A DNA stretch of 63,889 nucleotides, filler included, from Reticulomyxa filosa (Eukaryota; Protista; Foraminifera): the NCBI GenBank assembly GCA_000512085.1. It is 14 parts of 14 records of this genome, joined end to end, with 100 filler letters (N's around TTAATTAATTAA, not from the genome) between each part and the next. Parts side by side here need not be neighbours in the genome. Positions count along the whole stretch, not along the records: positions 46,510 to 57,573 come from ASPP01003052.1; positions 57,674 to 60,468 come from ASPP01004670.1; positions 60,569 to 62,612 come from ASPP01000455.1; positions 62,713 to 63,889 come from ASPP01014556.1; 10 more parts are not named here. One strand, written 5' to 3'. The notes beneath the pieces are model-generated. The model was not told where the DNA came from, made no database searches, and worked only from the letters and a program-made list of their open reading frames with translations. A program made the position numbers and the translations under genes. Shown here piece after piece: positions 54,236-63,889 of the stretch. Numbering within the stretch: position 1 is the first letter of the stretch; each line of letters starts with the position of its first letter.

Positions 54236-55490
54236 TTATCGCAGCTCAGAGTTTGGTTCATGGAGTGCAGCATCAGCGTGAAGCTGCATCATTTGATTGG
54301 ACTCAGCGTGTCGACGTTTCAAAATCCAAGGATGAAATTTCTCTTCTCGCCAGCGGTGGAAGAATCGAACTACAAACCATAAAAGAAAATGCATAGCGGC
54401 GACAATGAAATACATGACCCCATTGAATGGCACTGACGTATCTAGAAAAGGATAGGGCCAAAAGTGCCATATCGCATGGACACACCACGACCACATTGCG
54501 TACACAAAGGCAAGTAATAACACGAACGAAACAGCATGAAACTCGAATGGTTGTTTCCCCACTATGAAATCCAAGTATATCATAATCGCGTTCAACACAT
54601 GCATATCAATACTATCCCATGAAAGAAGGCCTTTTCCTATATTATTATTATTATTAATTTTTTTTTTTAAAATGTCTTTTAATAGAGGTTCAAAACTCTC
54701 GGAAGACGTCAAAGGTGGAAACAAGATTAGCCATACAACGGCATCTACTAATAGACTGGCACACATTTGTTGCCATCCTGCAAACCACACGGAAATACGC
54801 AGTATCTTTTGCTTTGAGGATAGTTGAGCAACTGTCGATTGCATCTCGTCCAATGATACCTCTTCTTTTGGTTGATCGGTGACAACGTTGTTTGTGGTGG
54901 GTGCGTATTCGGCCAGTTCCACTGCTATTTCAGCATTGCCATCGGTGGCCGAGAGTTTTTCTTTTTGGCCCTTTGTCGTTGTGGTTGATTTTTTTTTAGT
55001 TATTTGTTGCACAAGAGTTCCGACACTCGTTTTCCCCTTTTCTTTGCTTGCTTCTCCCTTCGTTTCACGATAAAGCATATACGCGAAATACCCGCTACCA
55101 CACCAGTAATATATTAGAGTCGAATAGTTCCATACTTGATTTGGTACAAAAGCAATTTTTGCAATAATATAGTGAGTGCATTTTTAAAATCCCTTTTTCC
55201 CCTTTTTTTTAACTTGTATAAAATGCGAACATTCTGGCCCCATAAAGAGCAAACGTATATAACAATGACGCAATACAATACACTGCACAGAACGCTCGTA
55301 GCAAAAAATATTGCCATGGTGTAAGTATAGGTGAAGATGCTAACAAATCGTATCCGATTTTATAATTATAATACAACGGAAACACCGCGTTTACTTTGTT
55401 CAGCTTTAATACCCAAAACAAATACATGAAAATACCCAATCCAAGGAGTATCACGAGTAATATAATTGACCAGGTTACTTCAAAGACCAT
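54236..55490 (-). CDS. FAR-17a/AIG1- or Rolling-stone-like multi-pass membrane protein
   Basis: Splicing out about 55135-55213 gives MFAFYTIWNY. Later DMHVLNA..LDF and WPYPFL match the FYT.W / H..N / YPFL pattern. Confidence 0.65.
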
Positions 55491-57028
55491 TTTGCTTATT
55501 TGAGTTTATTATTATTGGAAAAAAAAAATATAGGAACTTCTCACTCCGTTTATACTTTCTTATTTTTATCTCTTTTAATTTTTCTTTTTTGTTAAGAACA
55601 CACTTTGGGTTACTCTATTTTCAGTTAATCACATATTACACTTATATAAAGCGTAATATAAGACGTGATTTAAAGTAATTTCAATAAAAAAAGAAGACAA
55701 ACAAAATGAAAGCAAGAAATAACCGAAAGGAAAAGGAAGCAAGTAACTTTTGAAATAACGATTTTTTAAGTTTGGACAAAACATTAATATGTATTTGGTA
55801 TGAAATTTCCTAAAATCATGAACAAAATAAAGGCAAATAAACGAGATATTTCAACAAGACTTAATAAAGTTGAAACATAAAACAGCAACTTCTAAAAATT
55901 AATTAATTTTATATGAACCTGATCGTTGTAAAATTTTGTGGCCATTTCTTTTGTTTTTTCTTTTCTTCTTGTTACTGTGTTCCATTTCTTAGAACAATGA
56001 GCTATTTTAACTTAAGAACTGCGTTGTGCACGCAACGATGGCAAAAAATCAGTGAAAGTTGATGACGAAGCAATGAATAAAAAAATTTCCACTTGTAGCA
56101 CAAGGCACACTACTTGCTATCAGGGTTCAATTGAACTAACTTTTTTCCCCAAAATTTACTAGCAACATCTTCTCATTTTCTCTATTGTTTCGGTGAATTG
56201 TTATTTTTATAATGGAAAAAAATAATATTTTTTCATAAGTTATGTAAGTACTTCAGATGATATTCAAGTTGCAAAGTGCAAAAATGATCAATGCGTTTTA
56301 CATTTCCACATTCTATAAAAAGAGCATCAATGATATAATTTCAATTTGAACATGAACGTGGAATTTTGTTTTCTAGACATTGTATAGTCTAGCTTAATGA
56401 ATAAAGGGTTAACTGGATGGAATATAGAATGAAGATATGATCAGTTCATCCAACAAACGTGCATATTAGTAAAAATATTGAAATAAAATTTTACTAGGTA
56501 TTGAAGGAGATATGGATTGGAAAATGAAGTAGTCATATTTATTTGAAAAATAATAAAATACTAAAAAAGAATGGATTTATGGACAGACGTTGTTGCAATT
56601 ATAATATAAATTTGCTTTATTTTCGCTGTGAAAAGAAAGTTTTAACATGCATTCTCATTAAATATGCAACAATACAAGCATCATATTAATTGCAATTTCC
56701 CATAATATACTAAAATCTACCTTGAAAACAAAAAAATGATAATAATACATTTCGTGTTGTTATAAATCTTTCAAACAACAAAAAAAAATTATAGAGATAC
56801 TGGCTTATTACAAAAATGTAAAAATATGAAACTGCGCAAATCAAGTTGCTTCGTCAAATGTAAATATCAAGCTATTACATTGTATTGTAAGAATATATTA
56901 CATGCTAAACAATTTAAATATTTAAAAAATAAAAATAAAAATTTAAATTTTTCAGTAGAACAAATGGTTCGACTGGCTAAATTTTATATATTTCGGTTTT
57001 TTCATATTCTTTTTATTATTTTTTTGTG

Positions 57029-57250
57029 CATAACTTATCCTAATTGAAAAAGGTAAGATATGAAAAAACGAATTTTTATTGATAGTGGAATTCCATAATG
57101 GATTTTTTCTTGCATAGTCTGACTATTCACGAAAAATTGCATAGAAAATATCTTTATTTTGAATAAATATGAAAAACGAATTACATTGGGTCAATTGAAC
57201 CACAATGTAAAAGTTAATGACAAAAAACTTAAGTTTTGTGATTTTGGAAA
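57029..57250 (+). pseudogene. Protein kinase remnant
   Basis: NDKKLKFCDFG at 57216-57248. Upstream HNL..LKKVRYEKTNFY*/VEF resembles kinase subdomains IV-V; disrupted. Confidence 0.45.
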
Positions 57251-57673
57251 GAAAGACATTGAAGATGAACTGTCTTATTTAGAAATAAAGTTTATACTTT
57301 AGTTATTTTAAGATTTAATAATGTGTTGTTGTAAATATAAAAAAAAAAAAATTTACACACTTAATCATTAATATTAACTCTTCTTAAAAAGTAGTATTTT
57401 GAAAGAGATTGCAGTTGGAAATGTTAACATACTTCTACATCTCTTAATTTTTGAAGGAGATTTCAAAAGTCAAGTCTTGGCCAAGAAAATTTCGGACCAA
57501 GAAAGAAAGAAAATTCTAACAGAAAATTTTTAACTAGTAAAAATTTTTTTATAGTGATATATAAATTTTTTTTNNNNNNNNNNNNNNNNNNNNNNNNNNN
57601 NNNNNNNNNNNNNNNNNTTAATTAATTAANNNNNNNNNNNNNNNNNNNNNNNNNNNNNNNNNNNNNNNNNNNN

Positions 57674-58964
57674 TATATATATATAAATAAAGAATAAACT
57701 TTCTTCGAATGGCTTCAATCATGGCAATAGTAGCGATATTGGCGCCCGACGAATGGGCGAGCAAGTTGATTTTGAAAGGGTGTATTCTCAGCAAGCGATG
57801 ATATTTGACAGCCCATGTGATCGAATCTTCGATGTTGGCGCACATGTCTTCGATGACGCCATCAGGATAGCCAGGATACGTGGGCACAATCACTGCGACG
57901 TTGCGATTGGTGAACGTTGCGCCGATGCTCGCTGCCAGTTCGCTCAAAGGGGGGTTCCAACCCATCCCAAGCACACACACCACACAAGGCGCCAGATACA
58001 TATCAGCTCCGCCATATCGCATTTGCTCGACGCTTGTCACTGTCTGCCGTGGGGGCAAAAACAAGTGCAGCACCTGCTTCGGATAACGCTTCGAGTAATG
58101 AATGTTCATCACGCTCACCATATCTGTCGAGTCTCGTTGGCCACGCTTTATATACTGTACTTTTCAAACCCCAATTCAATTCAATCAACAAAAAAATTTT
58201 TTAAAATTTTATTTATTGAGGTGCAAAAAAAAAAAAAAAATTTGATAAAGTGCGAATTTGCTTTTTCTTTTTTTTTTTTTTTAAAAAAAAAAACATTGAA
58301 ACGTACTTTATCGGGATTATGTATGACCAAATCTTTGTAATGCTTTTGTGTGACTTCTTCTTCTACTCTTTGCTCTTCTCGTTTCATCACTTCAAATGCC
58401 TTCAAAGATTGTCCGTAAATCACACCTGCTAAAATGTGCTCGTCCAGGTCATCATACGATTGTTTGTCCAAATTTGCATTTACTGGAAATTTCTTTTCCA
58501 AACACACTTTCTGAAGCGCTTCGCATTGGGTACATACGCTCCAAAACTTTAGCAATGCGAGTTGCTCCCATTGTGCCTTCAACACTCGCCACACTTGTTT
58601 GGGATGCCACATGCTTCCTTTTACTATTCACAAGTGCCATATTCGATTGTGTGCTGGTGTATTTTAAAACTTGGCTTATTTTTTGTTTCGTTTTCTCTGC
58701 TAATGGTGTCCATTGACCTCCTCTAAACACAAAATTGTGCACAAACTCTCGAGATTTGGAACTGCTGCTATCTGAAGGCTTGGACCAGTACACCAACTGT
58801 GCAAAGAAATAACTGGCAATCACCAAAGATATTGCCATTCCTACGACATACCACAAAAACCAACCGACAAACGAAGAAGACACTGAGATGGCAAAATAAT
58901 GTGCAACCACAAAAGTGCTTGCATAAATTGGTAGAGACCAATACAAATATTTCTGCTCTGTCAT
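57674..58964 (-). CDS. Alpha/beta hydrolase (prenylcysteine methylesterase / BD-FAE-like) with N-terminal membrane segment, 3'-truncated
   Basis: NIHYS....QVLHLFLP, VAVIVPTYPGYPDGVIEDM, AVKY and INLLAHSSGANIA (nucleophile elbow). Two N-terminal hydrophobic helices; apparent +1 indel at about 58500. Confidence 0.75.
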
Positions 58965-60689
58965 CGTTTCTTCTTTTTTTTGCAGAGGGATTCAACGACT
59001 AACGCTCCGCTTTACTTGTAATTTTGCATGAGCTGAACAGTATTTTAGAATATGCATTACAAAAGTCAGATGCTTGCTTATTGTTAAAAAGAACAAGACT
59101 GGAACTCAAGTCATCATGATACTAAACGAAATACATATTACAGACAACGAAACAAATATAAATTATAAAGTACTTATAAAAAGAAATAAATATAATTTAT
59201 TAGTTTCAAGACAGCTAGTAACACAAGCAAGTAAAAGTTGTTGCAAATAACATGGAAATTTTTACACAACAAACTTCTAACGCACATTTTTGTATTTATG
59301 ACAGATACAAAAATAAAAAAAATGGGACTACGTTCCCCCTTGTGGCTAGTGTTTTAACTAATAATTTGATAAAATTTTTATTACACAAAACGAATCAATA
59401 ATGCAATGATTGGAATATATGATCATTACCAGATTAAAAAAAACAGTTTCTATTTACATGAGCAAAACATTGTCATTTTTTAAAAATAGGTTCAAAAAAA
59501 TTTAAAATGATCCACAATTTAAAGAAAACGAACAACAGCCACAAAACTGCAAAAATATAAAAAATTAGGTAATACATAACAATTACCAAAACCAAGCAAG
59601 GAAGTTTTTTCTCACGTATTGAATTACAATTTTGAATTAAAAAACACCTTTTAACCTTTATAAGTAGTGTTATCACTTGCGTAGCAAGGAGAATCCTGTG
59701 AAGAAAATTATTTCTAACTCACCTGACGCTTAAGGATTTATCATTTTTGCCATTTATCAAACTAAAATAAACACACTTCTGCTTTTGTGATGAAAGTGTA
59801 ATGTTTGTAATTCATTTGACTATATTTTTAGTCTTGAACGTATTATATTTGATCATGGTAGTGAATAATATAATCATGGTTATTGTTTTACATTGTACTC
59901 TCAGTTATCTCTTCAAAGTTTGAAGTGACTTTAGATTGGCATCTGCTTCATTATGAACTATTCCATACAATACTTGTTATTGTTTTTCTTTATCAAAAAA
60001 AACTGTCTTGTGCAGGCTTTTTTGATACCAGAAGAAGCAAAAGTAAAAATAATTAAGCGTTTTTATGAGCTCTCAAAAACAATTAAATTGTTTTGACAAT
60101 AATCTATAAGTTTTTGTGAAAAACTCTTTCTGGTGGTCATAAATGAAGTTTTTATAACGCCAAGCAATGTTACGAAAACGATACGTAATTTACAACAAGT
60201 GATGGTAATCGTTTGCATACAAGCAACAATTTGTGTGTGTTGTGTTACATCATAAGTTAGATAATCTTTTTTAATTTTGTTACTTCATCGATTTGACAAA
60301 ATCATCACATTATCTGTTAAAAGGCATTTTTTTTAAATAATTATTTGTACAATCTGGTAATGTTATTAATGAAATATTTTAATTTAAAATATCAATTTCT
60401 GCAAAATCTGTGAAATTTTTGTTATTTCAGCCAAAATTATTATTCTTTTTAAAAAGTGTCATGTATGTNNNNNNNNNNNNNNNNNNNNNNNNNNNNNNNN
60501 NNNNNNNNNNNNTTAATTAATTAANNNNNNNNNNNNNNNNNNNNNNNNNNNNNNNNNNNNNNNNNNNNTTCAAAGTTTGTGCATTGTAAAGGCATGATTG
60601 TTTTTGACTACTTTGTTTGTCTACACTAATCATTTGTTTTTTTTACCTTTTTTTTGTCCAAGCATAACAAGTCAAGTTAGTTCAAAAGA

Positions 60690-60768
60690 GTTGATTTTCT
60701 CAATGAAAAATCAATTATCATCATAGGATATCGTTTTATGCGTTCAGTTTTCTTTGCAACTTACTGTA
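60690..60768 (-). mobile_element. Terminal repeat of the MITE-like family, ending ACTG|TA
   Basis: Reverse complement reads TA|CAGTAAGTTGCAAAGAAAACTGAACGCATAAAACG, nearly identical to 27053-27130. Confidence 0.72.
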
Positions 60769-61260
60769 ACTGAAAAATTTTTTTTGTAGTAATATTTTTT
60801 TAGTGAAAATTACAATTAGTTAGATCACCTTTTGCCTACATTGACACCTAAATCAATTTTACATGAATAATCAGGTCCTAACACTCTAAAGCAAGACTAC
60901 ACGAAATTAGTTATTGTACTTTTAACGAACGCTATTTTCTTGGTTTCTTATTGATAAATTTTTCAGTATTAAACATCAGCTTCCATTTACGCACATTCAT
61001 GACTTGTACTAAATTTTTTTGCAACTTTCCGCAAATTTAGTCAATTATGCCACAGTTAAACAGCACTCAATTTGTTAAAATTCGCAATTACTTTAGCAAT
61101 TTTCAAAAAAAAGATTAAAAAACTAAAATATCGGACTATACTTAGCTAAAAAAAAGGATAAAATATTGAAATAATTAGTAAAGATTTAATAAAAGATCAA
61201 AATTATACTTAAGAATTACACAATTTGTAGATATTTTTTAAAAATTTTGTATTTATTTTG

Positions 61261-61334
61261 TTTTTTATGAAGAAAATCAATCATCTGTATAAGGTGCCAT
61301 TTTAGGTATCAACTTTCTTTTGCATTCTACTGTA
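61261..61334 (-). mobile_element. Terminal repeat of the MITE-like family, ending ACTG|TA
   Basis: Reverse complement reads TA|CAGTAGAATGCAAAAGAAAGTTGATACCTAAAATGGCACCTTAT, shared with the 36.7 kb and 49.5 kb copies. Confidence 0.7.
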
Positions 61335-61394
61335 TTATACAATCAATTTTCTGGTCCTGTTTACTAATTATTTTTGAAAAAAAAAAGAACTAAC

Positions 61395-61470
61395 TGGTTC
61401 GATGGGGCAGTGATTTGAACACTGGGCATCAGCACATAACGCTGTAGCACTCCGAATTGGTCACTCTTGA
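61395..61470 (-). pseudogene. tRNA-like element (tRNA pseudogene or tRNA-derived SINE head)
   Basis: Perfect T-arm CAGTG-TTCAAAT-CACTG (B box), anticodon-like arm CAGC-GTTATGT-GCTG, A-box-like TGACCAATTCGG, tRNA-like spacing and a T10 run just downstream. The acceptor stem does not pair. Confidence 0.55.
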
Positions 61471-61977
61471 AAAAACTATACAGTCCAAATTTTAACAATA
61501 CCTTAATACTTTTTTTTCCTTTTCAAATATCTAATGTCTTTTGTGTTGCGTGATGTAAGATTTGGTTAACAAACAATTTTGAATTACATCTACTCCAAAG
61601 TCTGTCACGTGCTTCACTGGATTAGAAAGCATACTTTAACCTTTGCATGATTTTTTGTGACTGCCCTAAAACCAAATGCGTTTTTAGATTTCCAATATTA
61701 AAAAGTTGTTATTTTCATGAATAAAATTGCAATTGTTTATATTGATTCATTTTAGGAGATTTTTTTACGGTTGATTGTATGTCATAAGGGATAAAAATGT
61801 TATAAAATTATATATTGAAGTGATAGTATCCAGGTTTATATATAAGTTCAAAAAAAACATATATTGGCTCTGAATCAACTCATCGAAACTTTTTGATTAA
61901 GCCTTTATTGTATATTATTTATATCATAAGACAAAAAAGAGTAAGCCTCCAATCAACCACAAAAACCATTTTGGTAT

Positions 61978-62552
61978 TTTATTTTGTGCGTTTTTAGTGA
62001 CATTATCATTTCCGCCGGTTACGTTCACTTTCATTCTCAACACAGATGGATATACAGGTATGCAAGAATAATTGCTACTTGAGCTGTTGCATTGTGTAAT
62101 GTCCAGGGTATACCATTTGTATTTATCACCTCCAGAGGGGACTGTTTGTTCTTCGATTACAAATTCGATTTGTTTTTCTATTGTTTTTTTTTTTTTGATA
62201 AATGAAGTATTATATTGTTAACAAGCGTTATAAACAACATACCAAATTCACTACTGAAAAGGAGAGTTCCATAGGCAGGATTAATTCCAATATCGGTGGA
62301 ATAGGTTTTATTCAAAGCCTTAAGAAAACACATAACAACAACAAAAATAAGTAGTGACTCCAAAAAAAAAGCAAAGCGATCACAACACAACATATGTATC
62401 ATTTCAACAGTGTGCTGTTGTCTACTAACATGGGTTTTGTTGGTGTTGTTATAAACACTTATTTTCCAATATACAAGCACCACGCCCTTAAAAGATTTGG
62501 GCATTCTATGGACGCTCACGTATTGAACTGTTGAGTTATCCGCACTATATTG
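61978..62552 (-). CDS. 3' exons of a hypothetical protein
   Basis: Coding-like blocks (YSADNSTVQYVSVHRMPK; TDIGINPAYGTLLFSSEF; EEQTVPSGGDKYKWYTLDITQCNS...) separated by AT-rich introns. Confidence 0.5.
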
Positions 62553-62712
62553 CACATAATAAATAATATGTATACACATGTATATGTACGTATATATATA
62601 TATATATATATANNNNNNNNNNNNNNNNNNNNNNNNNNNNNNNNNNNNNNNNNNNNTTAATTAATTAANNNNNNNNNNNNNNNNNNNNNNNNNNNNNNNN
62701 NNNNNNNNNNNN

Positions 62713-63889
62713 CCGGAAGTGCTGGTCGAGGAAGTGCTGGCGCAGAACCGCGACCTTCTCACCACCATGACGGACCTCGAAACCGCGCGAACGGAGCTTG
62801 CCGAACTCAACGCCGAGCTCGACAGCACCAATCGAGGTGTCCTGGCGCTCTACGCGGAACTGGAGCAACGCGCCGACGAGCTGAAGCGCGCCAGTGAGGT
62901 CAAGAGTCAGTTCCTCTCGGCGGTCAGCCACGAGCTGCGCACGCCGCTCAACTCCATCACGGCGCTGACCCGCATGCTGGCGGACCAGACCGACGGGCCG
63001 CTGAACGAAGAGCAGCAGCGCCAGCTTTCCTATGTCCGCCAGTCGGCCGACACGCTGACCCGCCTGGTCAACGACCTGCTCGACCTCGCCAAGGTCGAGG
63101 CCGGCCGCATCGACCTGCATCCCGTGAAGATCGAGGTCGCCGAGCTTCTCTCGGCGCTGCGCGGCATCATGAAGCCGTTGCAGACGAGCATCGAAGTGGA
63201 CCTCGTCTTCCGCGACCTCACCGGCGGCCTCGTGCTCTACACCGACGAGGGCAAGCTCCAGCAGATCCTGCGCAACCTCGTCTCCAACGCGCTGAAGTAC
63301 ACCGAGCGCGGCGAAGTGAGCGTGACCGCCTCGACACCGGTGCCGGGACGCATCGAGTTCGTGGTCCGCGACAGCGGCATCGGCATACCCGACCAGGAGC
63401 GCGAGCGGATCTTCGACGAGTTCGTCCAGATCCGGAACCCGCTCCAGACCCGCACCAAGGGCTCCGGCCTCGGCCTGCCCCTGTCACGCAAGCTCGCCGG
63501 TCTCATGGGCGGGATCATCACCGTCGAGAGCGAGACCGGGAAGGGCTCGACCTTCACCCTCGACCTCCCCGTCGTGCTGCCGGGCACTTCGCTCGAAAGT
63601 GCCGTGGCGGCCGAGGGCATGGGCAAGATCCTGATCGTCGACGACGAGGAAAGCACCCGCTACGTGCTCACCCACATGCTGCGCAGCGAAGGCCCGTGGG
63701 CCCTGATCGAGGCGGCGGACGGCACCGAAGGCCTGCGCCTCGCACAGGTCGAGATGCCGGACTTCATCCTGCTCGACCTGCACTTGCCCGGCCTGACCGG
63801 ATTCGAGGTCTTTCGGTCGCTGAAGGGCGATCCCGCCACCGCGCATATCCCAGTGCTGGTCCTCACCTCGTCGCTGCTCGGCCCCGAAC
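62713..63889 (+). CDS. Bacterial hybrid sensor histidine kinase (coiled coil-HisKA-HATPase-receiver), partial at both ends
   Basis: Open frame from 62713: FLSAVSHELRTPLNSI (H box), ILRNLVSNALKYT (N box), DSGIGI (G1), IFDEF, GSGLGL (G2), then KILIVDDE...LLDLHLPGLTG (receiver). GC-rich and intronless. Confidence 0.95.

Noticed and set aside
960-57250. Alternative genetic code (stop reassignment) to explain interrupted frames
   Set aside because: Long conserved exons such as dynein have no in-frame stops, and TAA, TAG and TGA all end real genes; the interruptions are introns or decay.
55700-60468. Genes in the AT-rich stretches 55.7-57.0 kb and 59.1-60.4 kb
   Set aside because: Only short low-complexity ORFs with no motif I can support.
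61395-61470. Functional tRNA-Ile(TAT)
   Set aside because: The acceptor stem and D stem do not pair; kept only as a tRNA-like element.
2646-62712. Regularly repeated TTAATTAATTAA flanked by N as a biological repeat, CRISPR array or DNA-elimination signal
   Set aside because: Exact 44+12+44 geometry and six-frame stops mark it as an assembly linker.
62665-63866. Minus-strand ORFs in the ORF track for the GC-rich contig
   Set aside because: Antisense shadows of the plus-strand histidine kinase.
1-63889. A functional gene cluster (dynein, CAP-Gly, RhoGAP, Cdh1)
   Set aside because: These genes lie on different contigs; their order is arbitrary.
62713-63889. Horizontal gene transfer into the eukaryote
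   Set aside because: No physical linkage to host DNA, no introns and no compositional amelioration.

Overview
This is not one locus. It is 14 unrelated contigs joined by an artificial 100-bp linker (44 N + TTAATTAATTAA + 44 N), so adjacency across a linker means nothing. Contigs 1-13 are AT-rich, intron-rich eukaryotic DNA. The Kelch-like and WD40 families closely resemble the expanded families I recall from the foraminiferan Reticulomyxa filosa (inference, not a database result). Recognisable genes: Cdh1/fizzy-related APC/C activator (C-box and IR tail appear only after splicing), an ALDH3-type aldehyde dehydrogenase, two Kelch-like proteins, a 5'-truncated DNAH6-like axonemal dynein heavy chain (17 introns mapped), a CAP-Gly-like protein, a TOM1/GPR137-like membrane protein, a RhoGAP, NOC2, LSM2, a 7TM-like protein, an AIG1/FAR-17a-like membrane protein and an alpha/beta hydrolase. 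There are also decayed pseudogene fragments, a MITE-like family with TA/CAGT ends and a tRNA-like Pol III element. Contig 14 is GC-rich bacterial DNA encoding a hybrid histidine kinase that the ORF track misses. The most unusual signal is the splice-site grammar: over half of the mapped donors are GTT after A-rich exon ends, and many acceptors have a poly-A tract instead of a polypyrimidine tract. I found no convincing new multi-gene system. All exon boundaries were inferred by hand from reading frame and remembered protein motifs.
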